NCBI GenBank assembly: GCA_002269645.1
Contig: NIVC01002093.1
Span: 124,001-188,000, forward strand
Length of the DNA stretch: 64,000 bases
DNA from: Macrostomum lignano
Taxonomy: Eukaryota
Reading direction: 5' to 3'
Shown here: one piece after another, positions 23,373 through 36,356 of the stretch
Numbering within the stretch: position 1 is the stretch's first letter
Layout of the letters: every line of letters begins with the position of its first letter
The notes under the pieces: model-generated
What the model saw: the letters and a program-made list of their open reading frames with translations, nothing else
Databases searched by the model: none
Told to the model about the DNA's origin: nothing
Program-made: the position numbers and the translations under genes

Positions 23373-24145
23373 GGGTCTGGGCTGTCCCAGTCTCTTTGCC
23401 GCTCGTGCTGTAACAGACGCATGTCCTGATCGTATCGTAGGACGACATTCCAATCGTAGTCTGCTTCCATGAGCTCGCCGATATGTATGTTGAAATAGAG
23501 ATAAGCCTTCAAGCGCCGCACATCGATGCTTCCATCGCTTCCTTTTGAGACGAACTGGTTGGACTCAAGCAGCTGCTGCATTATTCTGGCGTTAGCAGCG
23601 ATCCATTGCCCAGTGCTGATGCTGTCAAGACTGGGCGCACTGCTCTTCGCCGCGCCCCGGTCGCGATCATGCGGCAGCCAAGCCATCTGCTCCCGTCTGC
23701 CATCCACGAAGTTTGGGATGAGCAGAGGGCGTCGTGCCGGCCGCGCCTCCGCCGAAAGCGAGCCAAAAAGTGCCGAAATCAGGTCGACCTCTCCAGCTGT
23801 GGCGGCGGCATGCAGACCGATTTCCTGCCGGAGTTGCGCCTCTCGCTTCTTCAGTTCTAGCAGCTCGATCCGCGACCGAGCTTGCTGAATTTCGCTGTCA
23901 AGTCGGCTCACTTGGGCGATGTTGGCGGTGTCAACATTATCCGATTCTTCCCCGCTCAGCAGCTGATTCATCGCAGCATCTGCTTCGTCCCCTTCTGCAT
24001 CATCTGGGACTTCGGCGTCACCTGGCTGTGGTGGAGCAGCTTGAAGCCGCTCAATAAGCTCTTGCTTGTTTCCCGAAACCGGTAGGCCATTGTCTCTTAG
24101 GGCCGCTCGCAGTTGGGCTACTGTTAACCGGTCGAGATCAGACAT
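23372..24145 (-). CDS. SAP-domain gag-like ORF1 of a DIRS/Ngaro-type retroelement, 3'-truncated
   Basis: LTVAQLRAALRDNGLPVSGNKQELIERL (SAP), coiled coil, QWIAANARIM...YLYFNIHIGEL..YDWNVVLRYDQDMR..W. Confidence 0.65.
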
Positions 24146-24384
24146 GGTGCCAGATGAAAAATCTTAGAGCTAAAAAAATTGAGCTCACGCAGGCAGCCAA
24201 AAAATGACAAGTCGCCTGTACGAGTACTTCACAAATGCACAGTTGCTCGAATGACCTAATCGCATGACCACACTCACCTAGGCTCACTTTACAGGGCTGC
24301 GTCAGCATCTGGGTTCCCCCAACACTAACCGCGTGCACACGACATTGGTGGGAGGGGCGGGAATCCCTCGCCGGATGTACACTC

Positions 24385-24610
24385 GCTGGAGGCCCACCCT
24401 GCTGGATGTACACTCGCTGGAGGCCCACCCCGCTGGAGGTACACTCGCTGGAGGCCCACCCTGCTGGAGGTACACTCGCTGGACGCCCACCCTGCCGGAT
24501 GTACACTTGCTGGAGGCCCACCCCGCTGGAGGTACACCTGGACCCCGCTGGAGGTACACTCACTGGACGCCCACCCCGCTGGAGGTACACCCCGGGGGAG
24601 GTGGTACACC
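24385..24610. repeat. GC-rich minisatellite in the gag leader (gtacactcgctggaggcccaccc); also ~20190-20410
   Basis: Direct reading. Confidence 0.85.
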
Positions 24611-25011
24611 CCGAGGGAGCAGCTTGCCGCGTCGGTGCTAGAGGCCGACATCAGCCCGACGGACCTTCGCAAAACGACCCTATCTGCCAGTTTATAGTAG
24701 TTTTGTCAAAGAGAAATTAATTATTATTTTATTTGTTATTTTTAACAGAAAATTTTTTGTCCATTTTTTTCTTCCTGCCGCCTCTGCCGCCGCGTCCGCC
24801 CGTGGTGCTCACGAGTCCTTGTCGTTACTCCTGAAATGTTGGTTTACTAAAAGATTATAAATTCTGTAACATAATATATGATTACATCATAATTGCTATA
24901 AGCTAAAGCTGATGTCTTGCTAATTGGGAGTCTGCTTTTGGGGTTTGTTTGCCTCATAAAAAAAGAAATACAAACTGAATATGTCAGTTTCAAGGTGCCG
25001 GGTTGAATCAC

Positions 25012-25794
25012 TCATAATGACCAATGGGTTTGTATTTTGCGTTTTTTTCGAAAGTCCGGTACCCTGAGCCAATCGGAGAGACTGACAAGTATGGACTTTC
25101 CGCAAGGCACGCGTTGCCCCCCCCTCCCCCAGAGACCTGTGAGAATGCCAGAAAACAACTCGTAGTTGCACAGCGCGTATTTAAGTTGCGGGTTTACCTT
25201 GCACTTCCGCTTGGCAGCCCGGGCCTCCCTCGCCGGCTGCGTTTGCAGCCGTCGCTTCTCCTTCTGCGTCAGCGGCGGCGGCGGCGGCGGGGGTGTCGGC
25301 GGCGGTGGCGGAGATGTCGGCGGCGGCGGCGGGGGTGTCGGCGGCGGCAGCGAAGGTGTCAGCGGCGGTGGCGGAGATGTCGGCGGCGGTGGCGGAGGTG
25401 TCAGCGGATGCGGAGGTGTCGGCGAATGCGGCGGCGGTGGCGGAGGTGTCGGCGGCGGTGGCGGAGTTGTCAGCGGCGGTGGCGGAGGTGTCGGCGGCGG
25501 TGGCGGAGATGCTGGCGGCGGCAGCGGAGGTGTCGGCGGATGCGGAGGTGTCGGCGGATGCGGAGGTGTCGGCGAATGCGGCGGCGGTGGCGGAGGTGTC
25601 GGCGGCGGTGGCGGAGATGTCGGCGGCGGAGGTGTCGGCGGCGGTGGCGGAGATGTCGGCGGCGGCAGCGGAGGTGTCGGCGGATGCGGAGGTGTTGCTG
25701 CTGCTGCGGCGGCTGGTGCTGCTGCTGCTGCGGCTGGTGTTGCTGCTGCTGCTGCTGCTGCTCCGGCGCCGGCGGTCGCGGCGGCAGTGTGCAA
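25012..25794 (-). CDS. Ala/Pro-rich low-complexity ORF with a basic tail, unknown
   Basis: Built on a (GGC)n-derived repeat open in several frames; may be non-coding. Confidence 0.25.
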   Translation of the reverse strand: MHTAAATAGAGAAAAAAATPAAAAAAPAAAAAATPPHPPTPPLPPPTSPPPPPTPPPPTSPPPPPTPPPPPPHSPTPPHPPTPPHPPTPPLPPPASPPPPPTPPPPPLTTPPPPPTPPPPPPHSPTPPHPLTPPPPPPTSPPPPLTPSLPPPTPPPPPPTSPPPPPTPPPPPPPLTQKEKRRLQTQPAREARAAKRKCKVNPQLKYALCNYELFSGILTGLWGRGGQRVPCGKSILVSLSDWLRVPDFRKKRKIQTHWSL

Positions 25795-26150
25795 CAGTGC
25801 TTGCGCAAAAAAACTAATATGAATTTAGTTCATATGTTCATAATGTTCTAATGTTTATAAATTTAGAATGTCATAGCACGGGAACCAAGGGAGATGATGG
25901 CATCGTGATTCCGAGGAAAGTGGAAGTTTATTTTTTTTAGTAAAGAGCGCTATTTGACAATTACTTGGAAATCGAAAATATTTGTACAAATTTTAGTTTC
26001 TTATATCACTTTAGTCACAGTTGCGTCTGATACATCCTACTTCTAAGTAAGAACAGTTAAAATCCTTAAATCTGTTCTAATGCACATTGCCAGGCAATGG
26101 CAAAGAAAAAATTGCCAAACAATGAAAAATTAGCTTTCAGCAAAAACTTT

Positions 26151-26267
26151 CAGCATTTAAGCTCTCAGCATTTAAGCTCTCAGCATTTAAGCTCTCAGCA
26201 TTTAAGCTCTCAGCATTTAAGCTCTCAGCATTTAAGCTCTCAGCATTTAAGCTCTCAGCATTTAAGC
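26151..26267. repeat. 15-bp tandem repeat (cagcatttaagctct) x~8
   Basis: Direct reading. Confidence 0.97.
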
Positions 26268-27689
26268 CTTCTGGGCCTGCTTGCATGTAATCTTCGACCT
26301 TCATTACGCTCGTAGATCGGTTGCTGCTGCTGCAAAGTTTGGATTTGGATTTGAATTTGGCTAACCGAATTCACACAGAAGTTCGAAGCTCGAAAAGCTG
26401 AAATGCCATAGATGATTTGCCACTTAGCCTTCGTGATAAGATATTCATTGGTTTAATAAGCAGCTTTGGCTACTACAAGTAGCAATAACGAAACCTACTA
26501 GTATTCACAAAACACAAACTACACACAAAATAAACGTTTACAAAAACGAGTATTGTGATAAATACAATATGAATATATATTGCATGCACGATAAGCAATT
26601 TTTAGGCCCTAGACAAACCTATTTTTGGAGCGTCAGAGATTTTAAAGCTATTGGCCCTAATTGCCTATCGCCGGTCGGCGAGTTCTACCAGTCTTTCTCC
26701 AATAGTCACAGCACGGTACAAGAAAAGGAAGAACGCAGATGAACAGGAACCGAATAGATTTAGAGAGTGATAATCCTATGTGATACAGACTGATAATTGG
26801 CTAGACGATTTAATTTGATTACTTCAAGTTACAAGCTTCAATGCAACTCGCGGCGCAGATAATTTCGAACTGATAATAGCGGAAAATGATAACGAGACAA
26901 CGATTAATAATAATAACTTAGTTACGCAATGGCAAGCAGATCTCAGCTGAAGAAGAAAAACCGAACAGGACCACGGAGAAGACTCCTAACCCCTGGCCTA
27001 AACCAGAACCTACACTCAAACGAGAGCCCTGCCGAATTGATCGTTTAACGGAGCACTGACTAAATTCTATTAGCGCTGCCCTTCAGTGTGACACTGAGGC
27101 CCTCTGGGTCGAGGCCACGTACTTGGTCAAATCCGACAGTCTCTAACTAGACCGCGCTTAATAGCGACGACTGCAGACAGGAAACTGCCGTATCGTTACG
27201 CTACAAGACTGAAGCGGTCGGGCAAGGGAACAAGGGCAAGGGTGCTGATTTTTTTTATATTTTTCGATAAATGGTTCACGAAAACATATATTGGACTGCC
27301 GAGAAAACAATTGGACGACCGATCCAATTCTGGAGTCTTTACAGTAGAAACTCGAATACTTGAGTTTCGATTTTGCACGACAAAAAGTCCAAATAACTTT
27401 TCTGGACGACCTTCTGGCGCGCTGGGACCGGCGCCATTCGACTCGGGTTGCCGAAATCTATAAGAACATCTTGTTCGCATAGCGTGAAAGCCACTCTGCA
27501 AAAATGCCAAATTGCCGACTGCAAATTGTAATCCAGGTCCACTTCTCAAATTCACGCCAGACCAAGCTGCTCATGGTAAAGATTCTGCAAGTAGTCAGGT
27601 GCTCCCGCAACCTCCAACTAATCAAAACTACCCGAGCCGCTGAGCATTTTAGCATTGCACTGAGAGCTAAACTGGACTAGCTCTTTTTA

Positions 27690-27810
27690 CAGTTTCTACA
27701 GTAAGGACTCCATTATAGGAGTTTCTACTGTAAGGACTCCAGTATTGGAGTTTCTACTGTAAGGACTCCAGTATTGGAGTTTCTACTGTAAGGACTCCAG
27801 TATTGGAGTC
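27690..27810. repeat. 29-bp tandem repeat with an inverted copy at ~27323-27362
   Basis: gagtttctactgtaaggactccagtattg vs tccaattctggagtctttacagtagaaactc. Confidence 0.8.
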
Positions 27811-28406
27811 GTATTGGAGATTAATGTAGAAGTACATATGTACTGTGTACATATACAATTGGGGATAGTCATGTACAGCTACAATTTGGGATTAATGTAC
27901 ATATACGAGTACATGAATTATTGTACATGGGATTAACATGTAGTATTGTTTCGAGTTGTACATGTAATCTTGGTACGCGCGCGGGCCGGCTGGGGAGGAC
28001 ACTGTTACATGTAGAAGTAGATTAATGAAGATCCCCAGGGCCGGAATCATGGCCAGATCATGGATGATCCATGCATGCACCCATCCATGCATCATCCCTG
28101 ATCATCTATGGACCGATCCATGTTCATAGATGGTTTCATGCTCATTCCATGGATGGCAGAATAGCCATACCTGATCATCGATGTATTACTGGACATACAT
28201 ACATGGACATACATGTCATACATGGACATGTATGATTGTTAATTCTGGCTGTATATACTACTCGTTAAGGCACATTTGAGTTTTAAAGAAATAACCCAAA
28301 GAACTATAGCTCAAATTTCAGAACAAGACCTGCAACATACAAAGTACTACCACAATAATACTTCAGGCACTACTTTAAGGTATAACTTAGAATCAACCAT
28401 TGGCAC

Positions 28407-29533
<1,127 letters not shown>

Positions 29534-29539
29534 CTAAAA

Positions 29540-32500
29540 TCTAATCTAATATATCTAAAGTAGCAACCCCCCCTCCACCGGCCCTGTCTGTCTGTGGGTA
29601 TGTAACAGGTTATCTCCCAAAAGGCTCAACCGATTTTCTCCGTTTCTTCGCCAAAAGATGTCAAATGTGCCCGGGACGGTACATGTAATTTTATTAAGCT
29701 CTAGCTCAATGCTAAGGGGATTAAATATTCGAAAAACTGTTTTAAATGGCCTTTTTAGTGTATTTTTTTATCAGCCTGCGCGCAGCGAGAAACTTCACAG
29801 CCAATTTTAATGATTGCGCCAGAGCCAACTGATAAGAAAATTCACTTTGCCCCACTGCCCAGATAATTACTCTATTTAACTTGCGTAACCAATTAAGGGG
29901 GGGGGGTATAATAAAAATTCTGGATGCTTCCAATCCAATATACTAAAAATCAAAACTATGTACCTATAGGAACCTTCGTTTAACTTGTCTGTGGGTATGG
30001 AACAGGTAATCTCGATAATGGCTAGATGAATTTTTTTCGGGTTTGAACCATCTGAAAGAAGAACATCTCAGGATCATTCGTGAGTTTGAAAATTGGAGAA
30101 ATTCGATCGGGAAGTGGGTTAGTTTTTTGTTCAAAGACTGTACCCCCTGAGTTTAGCCATTTTCTGAACATTTTGGACACTTCTAGGCAATCTGCTGAAT
30201 GCCTAGGTTAATATTTTGCTGCACATTTTATATCACTGGAAAGCTTGTCAGAAAAGGAATTCAATGGTACAAGTTTTAAAATTAGAACTTTTTGAATAAA
30301 ATAATTATTGAAGTGTTAAGGCATTTTTTTGCGAAAAAATTAATTTACTTTGCACATTGGCCGTGTGTACCTACTGTACAATTCACTCGCTGTTAGGCGA
30401 GTGATTGCATAACACATGCAGCGGCGCCGCCGATAGGGTGGGGTCTGAGAGAAGGGGTAGAGAGAAAGGGGACGAGTGTACTGAATATTTGTATCTCCGC
30501 ATGCACATTGACCAACCGCCAGAGCTGTTGACAACTGCAGTTAGTGAGAAGGCAGGGCTTCACTCTCTTTGCCCAGAGCTTTGGCTGGACACTTCATATG
30601 GCCGAACTGCAAGTTCTCACTCAATTTTCAAATCTAAATATACTAAATCTCTAAGGTTTGTATGTCCATAACGCTCTAGTCTAAATATACTAAATCTCTA
30701 ATATTTGTTTGTTTGTATGCTTGAATGTCCATAACGCTCTAGAGACTGCAATTCTTCACCGATTTTGATCGTGTTTTCGCCAAAAGATTCAAAATTGTCT
30801 GGAAAGAAGACAGTTGAAATCTAAATATACTAAATCTAAATCTAAATATACTAAATCTCTAAGGTTTGTATGTTTGTCCATAACTCTCTAGAGTGAGCAA
30901 TTCTTCACCGATTTTCATCGCGTTTTCGCCAAAAGATTTGTAATCAGCCTGAGATTGTATGGTTAAAATCTTTTTAATCTGCTTCAATGCTAAAGGGATT
31001 AAATATTCGAAAAACATGCTTTTTTGAAAAGGTCAAGCAGCTCTTTCGACTTGAAATGCATTATAAAAATGCTAGAGAAAAAACTGACTGGCTGAATTCT
31101 GATTCTGATAAAGATTGCATCACAACAAGTTGAAAACACTGTGCCAAGTTGAAAGACAGAAATTGTTGCGTAACCATATTGCTAACTTTAATTGAGACTG
31201 ATGCTGACTGCCTGCTGAGTATTTGATTATGTCATAGCTGCTTCGTGTGACTTTCACTCAAAGAGAATTTGTGTTAGTATTCGTGTAACGTTCTAGAGAT
31301 CGAACCGATTGACCAATTTTAATCGCGTTTTCGCCAAAAGAGTTGTAATTATCTGGAAAGAAGACAGTTAAAATTTCTTTAATCGGCTTTAATTATAAAG
31401 GTATTAAATATTCGAAAAACGAGTATTCCCAATAAGAGGGCAAACTAGGTTGAATTCTTGACTGGCTGAATTCCAATTCCAATTATGATTGCGCCATAAC
31501 TTTTCTCTCTCCACTGTGTAAGCTTCATTACTGGTTGCAGTGCGCAAGGAGAAAAAATGCTCAGTGGCTGCGTGTGTACATTCTGACCCTGGCTCTGACT
31601 GGCGGACTCCATAGAAAATTGCTATTTATAGATTTCACTCAATCAAATGTGCATTTGCTCCGCCTGCACGCCTACACACTGAGCAGCCTATCACTGCTTT
31701 GTATTTTAACTGCAGTTCTGAAGCATATATCGCCGATTTTGTTGTCCTCCCATCAATAGGCGGAGTAGCCGCACTGTAGGCACTAGGACTAGGTTTAGGC
31801 TAGGCGTAAGGTCCAAGGTTCGAGTCTGCCTCCCCAGCGGATAATTAAAATTAAGATAATTCAATAATTTACAGCTTGTGCCTCGACTAATTGGAACATT
31901 TTTTGAATAATTTCAATTGAAACATTTTTATTAATTAGCAATTAATTTTTTGCTACTCGGCACAAGCCACTAATCAAATTTGATTTGTAAAAACTGCTTC
32001 GAGTATAACTGATCCCATCAATGGGTATTGTCTAGCTCCATAAAAGTACGAAATTACTCAACTGCAGACAATGCTGCTAAATTGCTTACAGGTATTGCTA
32101 AATGCAGAGCTTTTCAAGACTGCCGATATGTATCGAAAATTGATTAATGAGCCGTACAATTCTGAGCAAATTGCAGTTTTCTGAGGGAACTGAGGTGCCG
32201 GCCAGAGAAGAACTGCAGAGAGTGCTGAAGGGATAAGTGAGAATTGTTAATGGAACAGTTTTAGACTGCAAATGGAATGACTGCAGATTGCTGAGGGGAA
32301 CTGCAGATTGTTAAAGGGATCATTGAAGTCTGCAAAGGGGACAAACTGCAGACTGCTGAAGTAGTTCCTCCAGACTTAAATCTAATTTATAGATTTCACT
32401 TAACTGAGCATTGGCTCTGCCTGCATACAACCCGTGCACTGAGCAGCCTATCACTGCTGTGTATTTGACTGCAGTGCCAAAGCATATATGGCTGATTTTG

Positions 32501-35500
32501 TCGCCTTCTGATCAAAAGGCGGAGTAGCCGCACTGTAGGCACTAGGACCAGGTTTAGGATAGGCGTAAGGTCCCAGGTTCGAGTCTGCCTCGCAGCGGAC
32601 AATTAAAATTGAATTAATTATTTTATTTTAGCTTGTGCTTTGATTAATTGGAACTTTTATGCTTAATTAACAAGGCACACTTAATGAACTATTTTTGCTA
32701 TTTGGCACAAGTCGCTAAGCAAAGTTGATTTGTAAAAACTGCTTCGAGTACATGTATTACGAGCGTACTGATCCCATCAATGGGTATATGGCACAGTTCC
32801 ATGAAAGTATGAAATTGCTAAACTGCAGACCATTCTGAAAAAAACTGCTGAAGGTATTGCTAAATGCTGAGTTTTGCAAGACTGCCGATATGTATCGAAA
32901 TCGTTAATGGTACAGTTGTAGACCGAAAATGAAATGACTGCAGACTGCTGAGGGGAACTGCAGACTGTCGAAGGGATCATTGCAGATTGCAAAGGGGAAA
33001 CAACTGCAAACTGCTGGAGATACTGCTGGATACGCTCATAGTTCCTCCAGACTTATGAGCGTATAGCGGCAAACTGCCGAGAGGAAAACTGCCGACTAAT
33101 TGGGAGATAATGGCAGACTTCTGAAGCTAATAACTAACTATTGAGTTTTGAGTGGATATTAACTGTGAAAGATTGAGTACAAGTTGTTTAGAGGATTACT
33201 GCGGGCTGCTAAGTGAAATCTTTTTTGCTAAGGGGACAATTCTATGCCGCTGAGGGTATACATGCTTAATTTTAATAAAAGTTGTAGAATGCAATGAATG
33301 TTGAAGATACTCTTGCTGGGGGCTGCGTTATTCTTCTAGAGCAGTACTAATCTGCTGTACATGTAAGTACTAATTTGAAAAGGGTATTACTAATCTGGGT
33401 GAAGAGTGCTAATCTGACGTAAAATGAAGTAATAAATATGCAAGACGATTGCAAATCAAATTTAAACTGCAAGTTGCAAAGATTTCAAATGGTTTCGATT
33501 ATTGAGAAGCATATGGAGATCAGTGGCCATCTGCTTGCAGATTTTGCGGAACTGTGCCGATGAACCATTGCTAAACTGCTGGTAAACCATTGCTAAACTG
33601 CTGGTGAAGCATTGCTAAACTGCTGGTAAACCATTGCTAAACTGCTGGTGAAGCATTGCTAAACTGCTGGTGAACCATTGCTAAACTGCTGGTAAACCAT
33701 TGCTAAAGTGATGGTGAACCACTGCAATTTTTTAATAAATGCTACTTTAAACAGAAGAAAACTCAACGAAACAAAAAGCAAAGAAATAATCACCATGTCA
33801 ACCATAAGAGAGGCGGTCTGTCGAGCACAAAAGACTCAATGGGAAATGCTAAGATGTCAGGGCTGGTATGGGAAACTGCTTTGATGTCAAGACTCATGGG
33901 AGAATTTCTACGATCTCAAGGCTTACGGGGGAATTGCTATAATGATGTGATTCTGGAGAGAATTGCTTCCATTCCAAGTTTCATTTGTGAAATTGCTGAG
34001 TTATAAAGGCTCATTGGAAAATTGCTTTGCTGTCAAAGCTCATGGTGATAATTACTCGAATGCTGTGGCTGTTGGGGAATTCCCGAGATTGTTAGGGTAA
34101 GGTAAGGGTTAAACCATAAAAGAATTGGCCTGTCAAACATTAAAGACTCATTGGGGAATGACAAAGCTCATGGAAGATATCTGAATGACTGAATTGTACT
34201 GTGGCTCAAGGCTTAGGGGGAATTGCTGTAATTGCAACACATGAGGATGTTGTGGAAATTGTGTTGCTCAAAAATGAGTTGCTATAATATCAAGGCTCAT
34301 TGGGAAATCGCTGAGATGTCAAAGCTCACTGGGATCCCTGTACTGCTGTAGGCTGTGACTCATATGTTATATCTGAGATGCCAAGGTTTACAGGGGAATG
34401 GCTTAGATTTCAAAGACTCCTAAAGGGAATAGCTGAAATTCACGAAATGACAAGGTTCATTGGGCAATTGTTGAAATGCTGTGGTTCATGGTGGGAATTG
34501 CTGAAATGCTGTGAATTGGCAGGGTTAGGGTTCAATAATAAGACATCATAATTGTCAAAGTGCCAAGACAACATAAGGTTAGTCGCTAAATTTTCAGGCT
34601 CATGGGTAAATTGCTTATAAGCTTTCAAAAGCTCATAGTAAAATTGCTGGAATGCTTGGACTGAGAGGGAGTTGCTGAAATGCTGTGACTCGGCTGCAGG
34701 TTAGGGTTAGGGTTAGAGTTATGGTTATGGTTTTGGTTAAATTATAGAGCGATCGTCGTATCAATCATTAATGATTTATCAAGGAATTGCTAAGATTAAA
34801 GGCTCTTGGGGTGAATTACTTGAATACTTTGGCTCTTTTGAGAATTGCTGACAGGTAAAGGCTTTCGATGAAATTTAGATTTCAAAGCTTATGAGGAATT
34901 TACTTTAATGCTGAGGCTCAAGGCTCATGGGGGAAATTGCTAACATGCCAAGACTCACTTATGGTTTAGGGTTAGGGGCTTAGGTGAGTTTCGGTTCAAT
35001 CAAGATTAACCGCTGTCAACCATCAATTAAAGACTTGCTAAGATAGCAAAGCTCATAGGGGTATTGCTGAGTTGACAAGGCTCACAAAGAAATTGCTGAG
35101 TTATCAAGGCTCATAAGAGGATTGCTGAATTCTTGGGAGAGGGGAGTTGGGTTGTTAGGATGTCAAAGCTCACTGCGCTGGGAGAATGCTGAGATTTCAT
35201 GGCTTATTGGGAGCATTGCAAAGATGTGAAGGCTTACTAGGGGTATTGCTGAGATCTCAAGGCTTACTGGGGGAATGCTGGGATGTGAAGGCTTACTAGG
35301 GTTATTGCTGAGATCTCAAGGCTTACTGCGGGAATGCTGAGATTTTAAGGCTTACTGAGGGAATGCTGAGATGTTAAGACTTACTGGGGGAATGCTGAGA
35401 TGTTAAGGCTTACTGGGGGAATGCTGAGATGTTAAGGCTTACTGGGGGAATGCTGTGATGTCAAGGCTTACTGGGAGAATTACTGAGATGTCAAGGCTTA

Positions 35501-36356
35501 CTGGGAGAATTACTGAGATGTCAAGGCTTGCTGGGGGAATTGCTGAGATCTCAAGGCTTACTGGGGGAACTTCGGAGATCTCAAGGCTTACTGGGGGGAA
35601 TTGCTGAGATGTCAAGACATACTGGGGAGTTGCTGAGATCTCAAGGCTTACTGTCATAATTTGTGAGATGTCAAGGCTTACTGGGAGAATGCTGAGATGT
35701 CGAGGCTTACTGGGGGAATTGCTGAGATGTTAAGGCTTACTGGGGGAATGCTAAGATGTTAAGGCTTACTGGGGGATTACTGAGATCTCAAGGCTTACTG
35801 TCATAATTTCTGAGATCTCAAGGCTCATGGACGATGGCTGAATTGTTGGGGGAGGGGTGTTAGGTTGTTGGGCGATTGTCAGAAAGTCAGGTAGTACGGC
35901 TCATGTAGTAGCTCATGTAATTCAGATAATGAAAAAGTACACACAAGTGATGCTGATTTCTGCTAATAGGAAATACCAGCGCATTTATTAAATGTTTGAT
36001 TCTTTGATTTAGGCTAATAAACAGAGAGGGTCTAAGGCCGTCACGGATTTGCATTTTGAGCTCCTGCTGCGGATCAGAATATGCCCCGGCCAGTGACGAT
36101 ATTCACAAAGAGTTTGTGCTTGAAAGGATAAGCACTATTTGCTGATTGAGAATGGGTTTTGGGCTGATGAACGAAACTTTTTGGCTAATGAAAGTTCTGA
36201 TTCATGGCAATTTTTTTTGCCAAAACGAGAAAAGGTATTTTTGATTAATGGAAATCAACCTTTTAGAAAATTATTATAGTAAGGTTGCTCTTGTGCGAAA
36301 ATAAAAACCAATTGGTGTCATTTTCAAGGCTCCCCAGCGGGGGGCTAAATGGCTAG
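29540..36356 (+). mobile_element. Composite of nested Helitron 5' ends and bodies ending at a hairpin plus CTAG
   Basis: TC..tatactaaa starts at 29540, 29934, 30633, 30680, 30820, 30841; end gctccccagcggggggctaaatggCTAG at 36356. Confidence 0.75.
35230..35830. repeat. ~30-bp Helitron-internal minisatellite (gctgagatgtcaaggcttactggggga); also ~38600-38790 and 51000-51450
   Basis: Direct reading. Confidence 0.9.

Noticed and set aside
27196-27655. Short overlapping minus-strand ORFs
   Set aside because: No recognisable motif, no preferred frame, no paralogue in the window to test
34700-34740. TTAGGG telomere-like repeats
   Set aside because: Only 2-3 units, degenerate, internal to a Helitron
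36160-36210. CTGATGAACGAAAC hammerhead-like core in a Helitron 3' region (also ~39128, ~51757)
   Set aside because: No stem II, stem I does not pair, and stem III is not conserved in the third copy
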